64,000 nucleotides of DNA from positions 124,001 to 188,000 of the forward strand of contig NIVC01001874.1 in NCBI GenBank assembly GCA_002269645.1. The letters run 5' to 3'. This document shows positions 1 through 11,600 of this stretch, one piece after another; positions within the stretch are counted from its first letter, which is position 1; every line of letters begins with the position of its first letter. The translations under genes and the position numbers were made by a program. Below the pieces are notes generated by a model. That model worked only from the letters and a program-made list of their open reading frames with translations. It searched no databases and was not told the DNA's origin. This stretch comes from Macrostomum lignano (lineage: Eukaryota).

Positions 1-657
1 GCGGCCATGTTCTTAATAATCTACCACTCACATGCCTAGGGGCATGGTGGTTGTCTCTGAACAATGGGCTTTAAATGCAACATGATTTGATACATGTACG
101 TAGGTAGCTTGAACATTGCCAGTAGTGTCCGTAAAGATAGTCAAATATTGTATCAATCAATCTTTTCCAATATACTAAAACTCACAAGTATATACTATGT
201 TGTACATGCATCCGCTAACCGCCCCATTCTATGTTGGATGCGCTAACATAAATGTATATAAAGTAATTGCATGGCGCTACATGTATTTTTGTAAGGTACT
301 CTAAGCATGGTAGGTAAGAAGTTCAATTCTTAAATTATATTTCTGCAAACAGTCAATTTCAACAAAAATGCTTGAGATATGTACGCATCAAAAAAAGCAA
401 TAATAAATAAAACAACAAACGAACAAGTTTGTGCTTTCTACGACACAGTATACTTGTGCAATATAATAGTATAATTTAAAAGGAGTTTCAGTATATTGGA
501 TTGACACAATATTTGACCATCTTTATGGACACTACCAGCAACGTTCAAGCTACCTTACATACATGTATCGAATCATGTTGCATTTAAAGCCCATTGTTCA
601 GAGACAACCGCCGTGCCCCTAGGCATGTGAGTAGTAGATTAATAGGAACATGGCCGC
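1..657. mobile_element. Foldback/long inverted repeat (arms about 1-204 and 438-657, ~230-bp spacer); left arm probably continues outside the window
   Basis: Bases 1-160 align to the reverse complement of 500-657 with 13 substitutions and one 1-bp indel; similarity continues to ~204/438 across two small indels. Confidence 0.85.
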
Positions 658-1006
658 CGTGTCCCCATACACACAGCGAGTCCACACAGCTAAAGACACG
701 GCCGCCATGGCTCTAGGCACAGAGTAGTGTGGTAGCTAGGGACATGGCGGCCGTGTCCTTAGACATAGAGTTAGAGGCATGGCCGCCGTGTCCCCTCCCT
801 AGTCATGGCAAAAGATGTTATGTAATGAATAATTTACAGTTTGTTTTTCTAGTTTAATTGTAGTATAACAACTTATTCCTATAGTATATATAGAAGATAA
901 GGTAGCTACCTTATCAGTGTGCCATGTGGATAAGATAGAAATAATAAAATTAGGGCCTTATCTGATTTTAATTATAAGGGAGATCCTAAAAGTAATGTCA
1001 TTATAT

Positions 1007-1194
1007 ATAACTTTGGCCAATTGGTTTTTACTGACATTAAAACCATATTAAAATGTACATAATGGGAATAGGGTTGCTATATACTAGACAACAAAATTAT
1101 GGGGTAGCTAACCAAGGAGTGAAAGTTAAGTAAGTCATCATGCACATGTTTATATACATTTTAACATCAGTAAAAACCAATTGGCCAAAGTTAT
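1007..1194. repeat. Perfect 28-bp inverted repeat pair (1007-1034 / 1167-1194)
   Basis: ATAACTTTGGCCAATTGGTTTTTACTGA at 1007-1034 is the exact reverse complement of TCAGTAAAAACCAATTGGCCAAAGTTAT at 1167-1194. Confidence 0.85.
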
Positions 1195-1389
1195 TCTCAT
1201 GTCACTTGCTTGCAATACCTTTCATAAATATATTTAAACAATGGAAATAATCACTTAATAATGGTTTTATTTAGCAACAAAATGTTACTAAAACTTTTGA
1301 AATTAGAAAAATGTGAATAGGTTTATAAAGGATTTAGCATTAGGCCAAGGACATACTTTTATATAATAAAGTATATAATTACTCACCTC

Positions 1390-1700
1390 CATCTATGGGT
1401 GTTGTCCTCTTTTTAACATAGTTTTTATGTGCTAGACACATTTCTGCCATCATAGTCATCATAGATACTAAGGCAAGTTGGCTACACTTTCTTAACTAGC
1501 CTCAAACTGCTTCACCAACTAGTAGACCATTCTTTTATTGATTGCGTTAGCACTATAGATATAGATCAGGTTTGCATGGATCTAGACAGTTTGACTAAGA
1601 TTCCAAATGGAGAATATGGCATATTATTGCCTTTCTATAGAACAAATTGAATACTCATGTCCATGACATTAATACATCTTAAGTCATCCATGCTCTGCAA
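1390..1700 (-). pseudogene. Highly decayed mariner/Tc1 transposase N-terminal (HTH) relic
   Basis: Minus-strand frame reads ICSIERQ*YAIFSIWNLSQTV*IHANLIYIYSANAINKRMVY*LVKQFEAS*ESVANLP, resembling the mariner N-terminus (EQRxVIxFLW..xEIHxxLxxxYGxxAxxxRxVYxWVxxFxxGRxSVxDxP); many stops, no TIRs found. Confidence 0.45.
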
Positions 1701-4439
1701 GTTTGTGCTGCCTTAGCTCTATTGATGCTTGCTTCTACCCAAGTCAGAATAGACTGCATATCTATGTAAATCTATAGCCAAGGGTGCTCAAATCATAACT
1801 TATTGTGCTGAGTAAGAATCACACAAACAATGGGACTTTTGACCTTAAAGAACTAAGATGAACCACTTTATGGGCAAAGGCAACTTATTATTAGCATCTT
1901 ATCAGAATATCCAATGGCGATTCACACACATGTAAGTCGCTATTGGACGGAATAGTAGTCACGTGACTGCTCTCAGCCAATAGCGACTTACATGTGTGTG
2001 TTTTGCCAATAGAAACGGCCGAGTGATTCCCAAGGTTGTGCATGTATGAACACATGCAATGGCCACATTGTACACATTGCAAGAAATTTGCAAATTCTAT
2101 TGCCATATTTTGTATTACCTCATATGTCATACTTTTAAATGTAATAAAAACAAAATAAAGTTTTACCTTTGCTATTTTCTGCAAAAACTATTGCACCAAG
2201 CTATATCTAATGATACAAATACACCAATTATGTCCAACTTGTAGGATTGAATGGTTATAATAAAACATGCATTAAATACTAAATAATAAGCTATGCCATT
2301 GCAGACAACTTTCTGCATAAAATAACAACCAAAAAATTGTTATTGTGTCCATTTTGTTTGCTGTGCTAGCCATGCTAGTTTTTTGTTTTTTTAATATAAA
2401 AATACCCCAAGTTCTAGGTTTTTTCTATCAGTCTTGCTATGAAATTGTAAAATAGAGGAATGATGAAACAATTTTGTTAGCATTGTGCCAACTTGTATAA
2501 TGTTCCTGCAAATAAAAAACCTACCTAATATGACACTAAATTTGTTTAAATGACTTATTGAATTGCCCTATAGAGTCTTATGGAGAATCCACATTCATTA
2601 TTTCAGGAATTAATCCAAATGGAATGAAGTGACCAATCGCTTTTTCCCCGTTTGCGTTGTTTCATTGCTACTGCAAGTAGCATGGTTTGACACATCGCCT
2701 AAAATCTCAGGGACTATAATGTTTTAGATATTAAACACTGTTGGATCTGTCTGATTCATTTCCTTTTTTTAAGTAATCAAAATTCTCATATCAGATGCTT
2801 GTTTTTTTCCATTGACTTATTCTGACTGTGAATCTACTACAGGCTGGTTGTTATGAGTTTTGAGTGTTAAGATTTCAAGTGCTCGCTAGCTGCCTACCTG
2901 CAACTTTTCCGTTTTTTTACTACTTTTTAACTGGATATTCAAAGTTTTTTATGCTGCTGGGCATGCATTTTTACCATTTTGCATGCTATTCCTAAGATAT
3001 ATTTCTCTTCCTACTTGCCTTATTAATGATATGTAAGTACTTATCACCAAGATACGAGTAAAAATGCGATTGCATATCTTAACCTTCAAAAGGTTGGGCC
3101 ACGATAATAGAAAATTCTCCATAAGAAATACATGTAAAAAATATCGTTTCGTTTGAGTTTGAGGGTCAAGCAAGCTCTTTAATTTGCACATTGCTTACGA
3201 TTATGCATAGACAGTAATGTAACTGTGAGCAAATTTTCTGGCTTCGTTTTTTTACTTAGAATTTCGACACCAACGGCCTCTAAGAATAAAAAGCAATGTA
3301 AATGTGTCTAATACTAGGGGCAAGAGAAGTGTGTGTTATTAAACGAAACCCTTCCCCGCATTTCACTTTCCTATCTAACCCCCCCCACACGCTGCACGAA
3401 CTCTCCCTTACTGACGCACCAACACTGTTTTGGGGTGGTGGGTGGCTTTAGGGAGAGAGGGTAGGCCAGCCCGCCACCCCCTCTCCCCGGGGTTTGTGGG
3501 CTTGAAATATTGTAGACAACCCACCCCACCATGTCTGACTCTATTTCTTTTTCTAATGGCATAAAACCCTCTCTCGCTCCCTCCGCCGCGCCGGACCCAT
3601 CTTATTATAGCTGCTGCAACCCCTCCCCCGCCCCCCACACCCCATTTTGCGCGTACTCTCTCGTCCTTACTGACCGTGTCGAAAACCCTTGTCGTCTACC
3701 CCCCCCCCCCCTATTTCATCTTACGTTAAAAGAGTTGAAATAACTAACTTCTCGTTTGTATAAATCAGCTGAAAATTAAACCACTATTTATTTGCTTCTT
3801 TGTTGAATAAAATGTCTCGTTTTTGGTAAATTGTGTAATTTGTCCATTGTTTATTTAAAGAGTACTGCAAAAATCGAAAGGTAAGATTTTTTTGTTCGAT
3901 TTATTTTAATAATTAGTTATGTTTTAATCAGTTATTTTATTGGCTAGTCATTCCTCTTTTTATTGGTATCTTTCGAATATCAATATTATCAGTTAATTAA
4001 ATAATTTTGTAAAATCGCAAAGTTTATTAGACTAATTAGACAATTAGTTAGCAGGTAGTCTAAACAATATTGGCATATTCACCAAAATGAACCATACCTT
4101 TTCATGTATTATCTGCATGTTTTACACTTTTTTTCAATATGCATATTTGACCAATTATTATTAATTAAACATTCTATCTCCAATAAAATATAAAACATTT
4201 TGCGCCTCGATTCGGAATTCTTTTTTTTCGAAAATGCTGATTAAAAAGGATTCGATATCGTTTTTTGCTAATGGCAGTGTCGTCAGTTCGAACTTTAAGA
4301 TAAAGTTCCGAGCTCGAGGATGATGGACGGGGAATGAAAGGTTCAACGAGAGTGGGTGGGGTGAGGGTTGGTTGATAGGATTAGGTGAATGGGTTAAGTG
4401 ATTGATCGAAGAACTATGTGACTGGAGTGAGGGACGGTT

Positions 4440-4960
4440 CAATGGTTGATCGAAGGATTTGGTGAATGGGGCGAGGGCTCAATGGTTGATCGAAGGATTA
4501 GGTGAATGGGGCGAGGGCTCAATGGTTGATCGAAGGATTAGGTGAATGGGGCGAGGGCTCAATGGTTGATCGAAGGATTAGGTAAATGGGGCGGGGGCTC
4601 AATGGTTGATCGAAGGATTAGGTGAATGGGGCGAGGGCTCAATGGTTGATCGAAGGATTAGGTAAATGGGGCGGGGGCTCAATGGTTGATCGAAGGATTA
4701 GGTGAATGGGGCGAGGGCTCAATGGTTGATCGAAGGATTAGGTGAATGGGGCGAGGGCTCAATGGTTGATCGAAGGATTAGGTGAATGGGGCGAGGGCTC
4801 AATGGTTGATCGAAGGATTAGGTGAATGGGGCGAGGGCTCAATGGTTGATCGAAGGATTAGGTGAATGGGGCGAGGGCTCAATGGTTGATCGAAGGATTA
4901 GGTGAATGGGGCGAGGGCTCAATGGTTGATCGAAGGATTAGGTAAATGGGGCGGGGGGTG
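4440..4960 (+). repeat. 40-bp minisatellite, ~13 copies plus degenerate flanks (~4340-5020)
   Basis: Unit AATGGTTGATCGAAGGATTAGGTGAATGGGGCGAGGGCTC repeats at 40-bp period from 4441. Confidence 0.95.
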
Positions 4961-7900
4961 GCTCGATGGTTGATCGAAGTAAGGATTAGGTGAGTGGGGC
5001 AGGGGTGGTTCAATGGTTTTGAAGAAAACTGGATGGTCTTACTTGGGTGTTTTCATTGCATACACATTAACAACTTCCTTCCTTGTAGTGAAAAATAAAA
5101 TGTAACTGCATTTTTTAGTTTTCTTTATGCTCAATTACTTGTAAAAGTAATAGCAAAAATGGATACTTTCATCTAAAAAGAAGAAATGTGGAGCCAACAA
5201 GCAATTTCCCGTTTAAAATAACTTTTCACATATTTCGGCCAATGGCACACGAGTCACGACACCAATGACGTGAATTTGCGCGCACGCACTTCTGAATCGC
5301 ATTTCTCCCGTTCTCTCCTATAGATCAGCTTACAGCCTGATACCCACTCCTCTTTAGTGGCCAAGCTCCTTGCACTCTGAGGTGGGTAGGTCGCATTTGA
5401 CGTGGCTTCCTATCCCAGAAATATAGAGAAATAGGATAATATCGTAGCTTGCATGAGTGGTAAGAAATTATAAAGAGAAGCGAAGGGAATGAAATATACT
5501 GTGCCTTCTCTATTCCCCCGGTCTCTCCTCGGCGCCCCCACCCCCTCCGTCGTACCTCCCCACCCCAGCTTTGCAATCCTCCTGGTGCTTTAGGGGAGAC
5601 GGGTTTTGATGGGGCGTCGGAGGATATTTTAGGGTAGCTGGGAGTTTTTTGTGCATCCAGGACTAAGGGATAAGAAGTAAAAGGGGGCAGTAGTGTAGGA
5701 GACTTAGTGAGGGGTGGGTGATTAGTTTAGATGTATGTAACGCAGGGAAAGAAAAATGGCGATTTGAATATAGAGGCCTGGCTAACAAGCCGAGCAAGAT
5801 TGAAGCAATATTATAGCCAGTTCAAATTGTCTAACTACGAGTACTAGCTTAAGCTTAGTAGCTTCGTAAAGAGATTTGTAGGGATGCGACGCCGATGACA
5901 GTTCTGCATTTTTTTTTATTCTGTCTTGCATGCACATTTCAATACATCGTATAAGAATACATGCAGCTAAAAGCCAAAAAATGCTGTTAGTTTTGAGAAT
6001 TTTCTGTTATTTTCAGTTTCATAAACGTTGGCAATAATTGTAATGGTAATGACTATAATAACTAAATGTAGTACTGTAATGTTGCGAGTACGTATCCTTT
6101 GTAAATTCTGAAGATGTTATCAGCAAGTTAGTGGTCATGGTATTGTCTGGACATCATATAGAGTGTAATAAAATATTGCGGTCATTTCCCATCTAAAATT
6201 ATACTGCTCTTATCAGCAGTGTTGGGGAAGCTTGAATAATTAGAGCAATAAACTCAGTATTTATGACCCATTTAAAAATTAGTTCGAGATCGGCCGTGAC
6301 CAATTAAATATCGCCATCCTCAGCATAAGACAGCCGTGCCACTGTTGAATAAATCACAGTCACAGGTGTAATTGTTGAGGCATAACTGTTTAATTAATAA
6401 AACATTAGAATCTAATAAAGTATTAGAACCTCTATAGGCCTAAAAAGGCTATACAAGTGAGCCCCGTTCCATACTGGCTTGAGAAGAGATAGAAGAACGA
6501 GACGGAAAAGATTGAAAGCCTGCGCTTGTTCTTGGACGAATAGGGGAGGGCTGCAAACGCACACGTGAGTTGCTCGATTCTTCCTCTGGTGGGCCTGGCG
6601 GGGTGGGGAGCGAGCGGTTATAGAACTCTAGGTGTCAGGACGGCCCGCAAAACTGGAGTGAAAAACTAGCCTCTCTCCGCCTCTTCTCGTCTTGTACACT
6701 GGCCCAACCCCACCTCCCTAGCGGGTTTATGTACATTTACGGACTGGCAGCCCCCACCCCCTTACTTTACAGCTGGGGCTGTGGCCATAGGCCGTACAGA
6801 ACGCATGGCTTGACGGCTATGATATGAGCCAAATGAGACTTCAGCCAATCGTGTGCTTTACACTATGTAAGCCTTGTAGTTTTTGGGCGCTTTAAACAAT
6901 TAATAAATAGTAATAGCAATGTCAATGACCAATCTCGTATGTAGCTAACTAAAATCTTTAATAGTCGTAAAAAGGAACAAGAAAATAAGTTAATTATATA
7001 TAAACTAAAAATAATAATGTAGCAACTTTTAAGCCCGCGTTTCGAATTTTGATCTTTCATAATTATCCTAAATGTTATTTGTAAGTAGTCCATCGTACGA
7101 GCGTAATTACATATTTTATCTATTGTTTTGATATAGTATAGTCTGCTCCGCAGCATGTAGAATTACTTATGATCATCTGAAATTGAATTCGAGTTCGAGT
7201 TCGCTAATAAAACATCTCTAGAAAGTGAGTTGCTTATTCCGAAGCCTCCTGAATTTTATAGGATGGCATTTATTTTTGTCAAGTAGTGTTTTAATTACTA
7301 TGGCCATTCATTTTAAGTAAAGCTCCCGTATTTCTGTTTTACATAACAGTGAGCCAAATATAATTTCACCTAGCAGGCAGCAGTAACAGCATTCAATTTT
7401 TGTCTCGCTATAGTAGCAGCTGCGGATCATTGACTCCGAAAGTTTTGTATACTCGTGCATCAACTGTCTCTCCCTCCCGGTTCTGCACGCACTCACCCCC
7501 CCCCCCAACTGTAAGCAAATAATTTTGCGATAGTCCCTACACATACTTACATAAGAACGCATTATATACAGTTACCCTATCCTCTCCCCCTATTTAGACT
7601 GAGTGAACAAATCAATTCCATGCATGGGGAGTTGCTTTTCTAGTTGTGTTGGGGCGATCTAGTGAGGGGGGTTGGTGGATCAGCACGGGTTGTGTGGAGG
7701 GATAGAGAAGAAGTATAAGGGAAGAAGAGGGGAGAGGGGGGCTGGTAGTGAAACATTTCTTTCCTTATTCCTCCTTTACCCGCGCTTCGCTCCTTTGCCC
7801 TGTGTCTCTAGTCTAGTTTGCTGCTGTCTGTGTATTTTTCCCTACGCGTGTTCGGCAATGCACTCACTGTACGGCCTCTGTATGCCTCTGCAGGGAGGCT

Positions 7901-8675
7901 GAGCGGGGGAGAGAAATTGGGTGATATAGAAATAAAAACATGAAAAAAGCCATCTCCCTTCCCAATATAGACGTATTGCTTGTGTGAGCATGGGCACACA
8001 CACAGTTATTGAACTCGCTAGCCTATGTCATAGCTGCTAACTATTGGAGAAGTAGGAGATTAGGGGGTAGAAAAATCTCTATGCATAGCAGGTTTAGTAA
8101 TTGGCAGTAACTATTATAGCTGAAAATTATTGAATGCCCACTTTTTAAAACATTTAGAAAACAGATTTTCTAAGTTTTAATGCCTGCATTATATCTATAT
8201 CTACATTCTCAAGAGATCTCATTCATTAAATCAAAAGAGAATGTATGCTTTTAGAGTTGAAAGAATAAGTGAGAAATGACGGATCGATGCATATTTTAAT
8301 CAAATCGTATTCAATAAACAATTTATAGCCTCTGACTGGGCCATTAGGCTGAATGCCATAGACAATAAATATGACAGCTTTAATATGCTTGCGTTTTTTC
8401 TCAGAAAATTGAAAATCAACTATTATTCTGATTTAAGATTTTTTATGCATGAACATAATATCGCATGAATTCGTCTAATAAGATAAGCTAGTTATATTAT
8501 ACTTGATAATTGTCAAAAATTATGTTGACCCCAGGTGAGACTTTGTTCCTGAATTCTTTCTTACACGCTGAAAGCTATGAAGCAGCTGGTAACTTTGATA
8601 GGTTAATACGCCGGGCGCCCGCATATTTTAGGCTTCGCCCAAGAGAGCTTAAAGCGCCAATCCGGGTGGCCAGCA

Positions 8676-11600
8676 ATGGAGCTCGAGGACGCATTGAGCA
8701 GCAACGATTCGGAGATCTACTTTGCCAGCGCCAGCTGCGGCCCAGGTCGTCGAGTCTCTATTGGCGATTGCTTCTGGTCCAGTTTGAGCAAGGCCGGCCG
8801 GTGCTTCCTGCTCAGACTAGAGGCCTTGTACATTCCTGTACAGCGGCGCCTGCGGCAGGACAGAGCCATCAGCCGGATGGCCAGCGTCAGCGTGTTCTAC
8901 CCCACCAGCTATGTGTCACGTGATGCTAATTACGGCCTAAAACTGAAACGGGTGAACGCGCCAATCTCTGCGTCTGGCGTTGTCTGCGTGGGCTTTCACC
9001 GGGTCTTCGTGCCGCCGGTGAGTGCTTTATTGTTTTCCAGTTAATATTTTTCAACAGACTGCTGTGTGTACTTCCATGCATTAATTTTCTCTAAACTTCT
9101 GTTGGCAACTATACGAGTACAGTCAATTTAGAAATATTTGGTCATGTAAAACGGTACATAAACGCTCTTTTACATTTTCATTGCCTTTTCCTTTTTCTTT
9201 TCTTTTTTGTAGAATGATTGAATTAACAAAATAAGTTCAGTACTAAATCTGAATTGTCAACCCCCTATAGAAATGAGTATATTTTTTTCACTAGCTAATC
9301 TTGATTCCTCCAAATCATACTTAACAAAAAAGCTATTCTTTCATTTCCCCTTACGTTCAGCCAGCCCACACGGCAGGCAAAGGTTTATTTCTATGTCTCT
9401 GTCCCAAATGCGTAGTGCGTACGCGCTCTTTATTAGTATCTGTTTTTTTTTCGGTCGCAGCCAAAGCCAATCTACTAACAACTAAAGAAATAAGAGGGGG
9501 AGAGAGAGTATGGAGAGGCGTCTGGGGTGGCTGACACAGCTGATACGGACGCTCTTTGCACAAGTCTCTCTTTCCTTACGACTTTCTCTCCCCGCCCCCC
9601 CCCATCCCTCGCCCTCCTCTCTCCTTCCCTTCCTTTGCGGGGGGGGGTCACTTCTCGACTTTAGTTAATAAAAAAAGGAGGAAAAGAGAATGAATGAGCG
9701 CACCTTGTGCCAGTGCCAACCTCCCCTCTCTCAAAACGCCCGTACCAAATAAAACTAACCACCGAGGCTTGATTTAAAATGGGGTGGCGGGGGGTGGGGT
9801 AGGGGTTGATAGCAATGAGAATCTGGGGGTGGGCCAATGGAGGGGAGGGGCTCGTGCGCCGGCGCACTTAATATGACAAGTTTCATGAAATCGCAACCCC
9901 CTGCACCCACCCACCCCCCTTGGCAAAATGTACAGCGCATGCCGAAAGAATTCTAATGGCTTTTTAGTTTAGTTTTTATAAGCTAAACTATATATAGTTT
10001 TGTTAAGTTTCAAGACTTTTTCATATGGCCTAAATGCTGGTTTTGCTGAAACAACTGTCAGCATATTTTATCATTATCATCACCATTTTTATTTTTATCA
10101 TGATTAGCGGGTTAAAAAGGGTTTTTCTGTGCTTTAAATTACAGGATAATAGCGGACAAAATATGCATAAATGTGAATTCGATGACTGTCACGATTACTG
10201 TAGTTTTTATATTTTCACAATCAACTACCCTACTACAGGTTGATTTTGAAGTTCTTCGTCATCCTAAGCCGCTGACCCTAACGCTTGAAGACTTCTTTAA
10301 GTGCATCGCGCCAGACGCTTGCGGCAATGGAACTGGCAATTGGGCTGAGCAAGGCTACAGTTTACCCGATTTTTTGGCATCTTCGTCGCACGGTAAGCAG
10401 CTGTGCTGTTGCTTGGCATTAATCTATCATTATTTTATTTACTAGAGATAAAAATAAGTAGTGTGAAAACTTTCTTTCCTACTATAAGTAGATAGGCGCG
10501 CATGATCCGTAAATTTTAACTTGATTAAAACTCTACTCACAGGCAAGCGTGATGCTAGGAGCAAGGCAAACGTTCTAGTAATGTCAGTGAGCTCATTCAA
10601 TCGTCTTCAACGCTATTCGGCGGCCCATTGCCTGTACGGCTGGAGTCGCGAACAGGTGCTTGGCTATATTGGTGACGGCTGTCTGGCGCAGTGCCCGGCC
10701 AGCACCAAAGTCTTCTTTTGCCGGCGCAAGCACCCTCTCTACCACGTTAATCGGCACGCCAGCCGGCAGGAGTCTTTGGGTGAGCTGCTTGAGCTTGTCT
10801 ACTTTTCACTTGCTATTCGAGTCTAGCCTCTTTTAGGGAGTTCCGTAACCTCATTCTACTGTTGATACCCAGTGTAGGTTTCTCTCTAAAGGGCGGACTT
10901 CCTGCCCTCAGATGGACACCTTCTATTTGAGTCCTGTCTCTGATGGACACCTTCTATTTGAGTCCTGTCTCTGATGGACACCCTCTATTTGAGTCCTGTC
11001 TCTCTGATGGACACCCTCTATTTGAGTCCTGTCTCTGATGGATACCCTCTATTTGAGTCCTGTCTCTCTGATGGACACCCTCTATTTGAGTCCTGTCTCT
11101 CTGATGGACACCCTCTATTTGAGTCCTGTCTCTGATGGACCCTCTATTTGAGTCCTGTCTCTCTGATGGACACCCTCTATTTGAGTCCTGTCTCTCTGAT
11201 GGACACCCTCTATTTGAGTCCTGTCTCTCTGATGGATACCCTCTATTTGAGTCCTGTCTCTCTGATGGACACCCTCTATTTGAGTCCTGTCTCTCTGATG
11301 GACACCCTCTATTTGAGTCCTGTCTCTGATGGACCCTCTATTTGAGTCCTGTCTCTCTGATGGACACCCTCTATTTGAGTCCTGTCTCTCTGATGGACAC
11401 CCTCTATTTGAGTTCTGTCTCTGATGGACCCTCTATTTGAGTCCTGTCTCTCTGATGGACACCCTCTATTTGAGTTCTGTCTCTGATGGACCCTCTATTT
11501 GAGTCCTGTCTCTCTGATGGACACCCTCTATTTGAGTCCTGTCTCTCTGATGGACACCCTCTATTTGAGTCCTGTCTCTCTGATGGACACCCTCTATTTG

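Noticed and set aside
129-142. CCGTAAAGATAGTC resembling the 5' end of a flatworm spliced-leader sequence recalled from memory
   Set aside because: Only a short imperfect match, the following sequence diverges, no donor or Sm site, and it is part of a foldback arm.
9855-9868. 14-bp palindrome GTGCGCCGGCGCAC as Helitron 3' hairpin
   Set aside because: No CTRR terminus at the expected distance on either strand.
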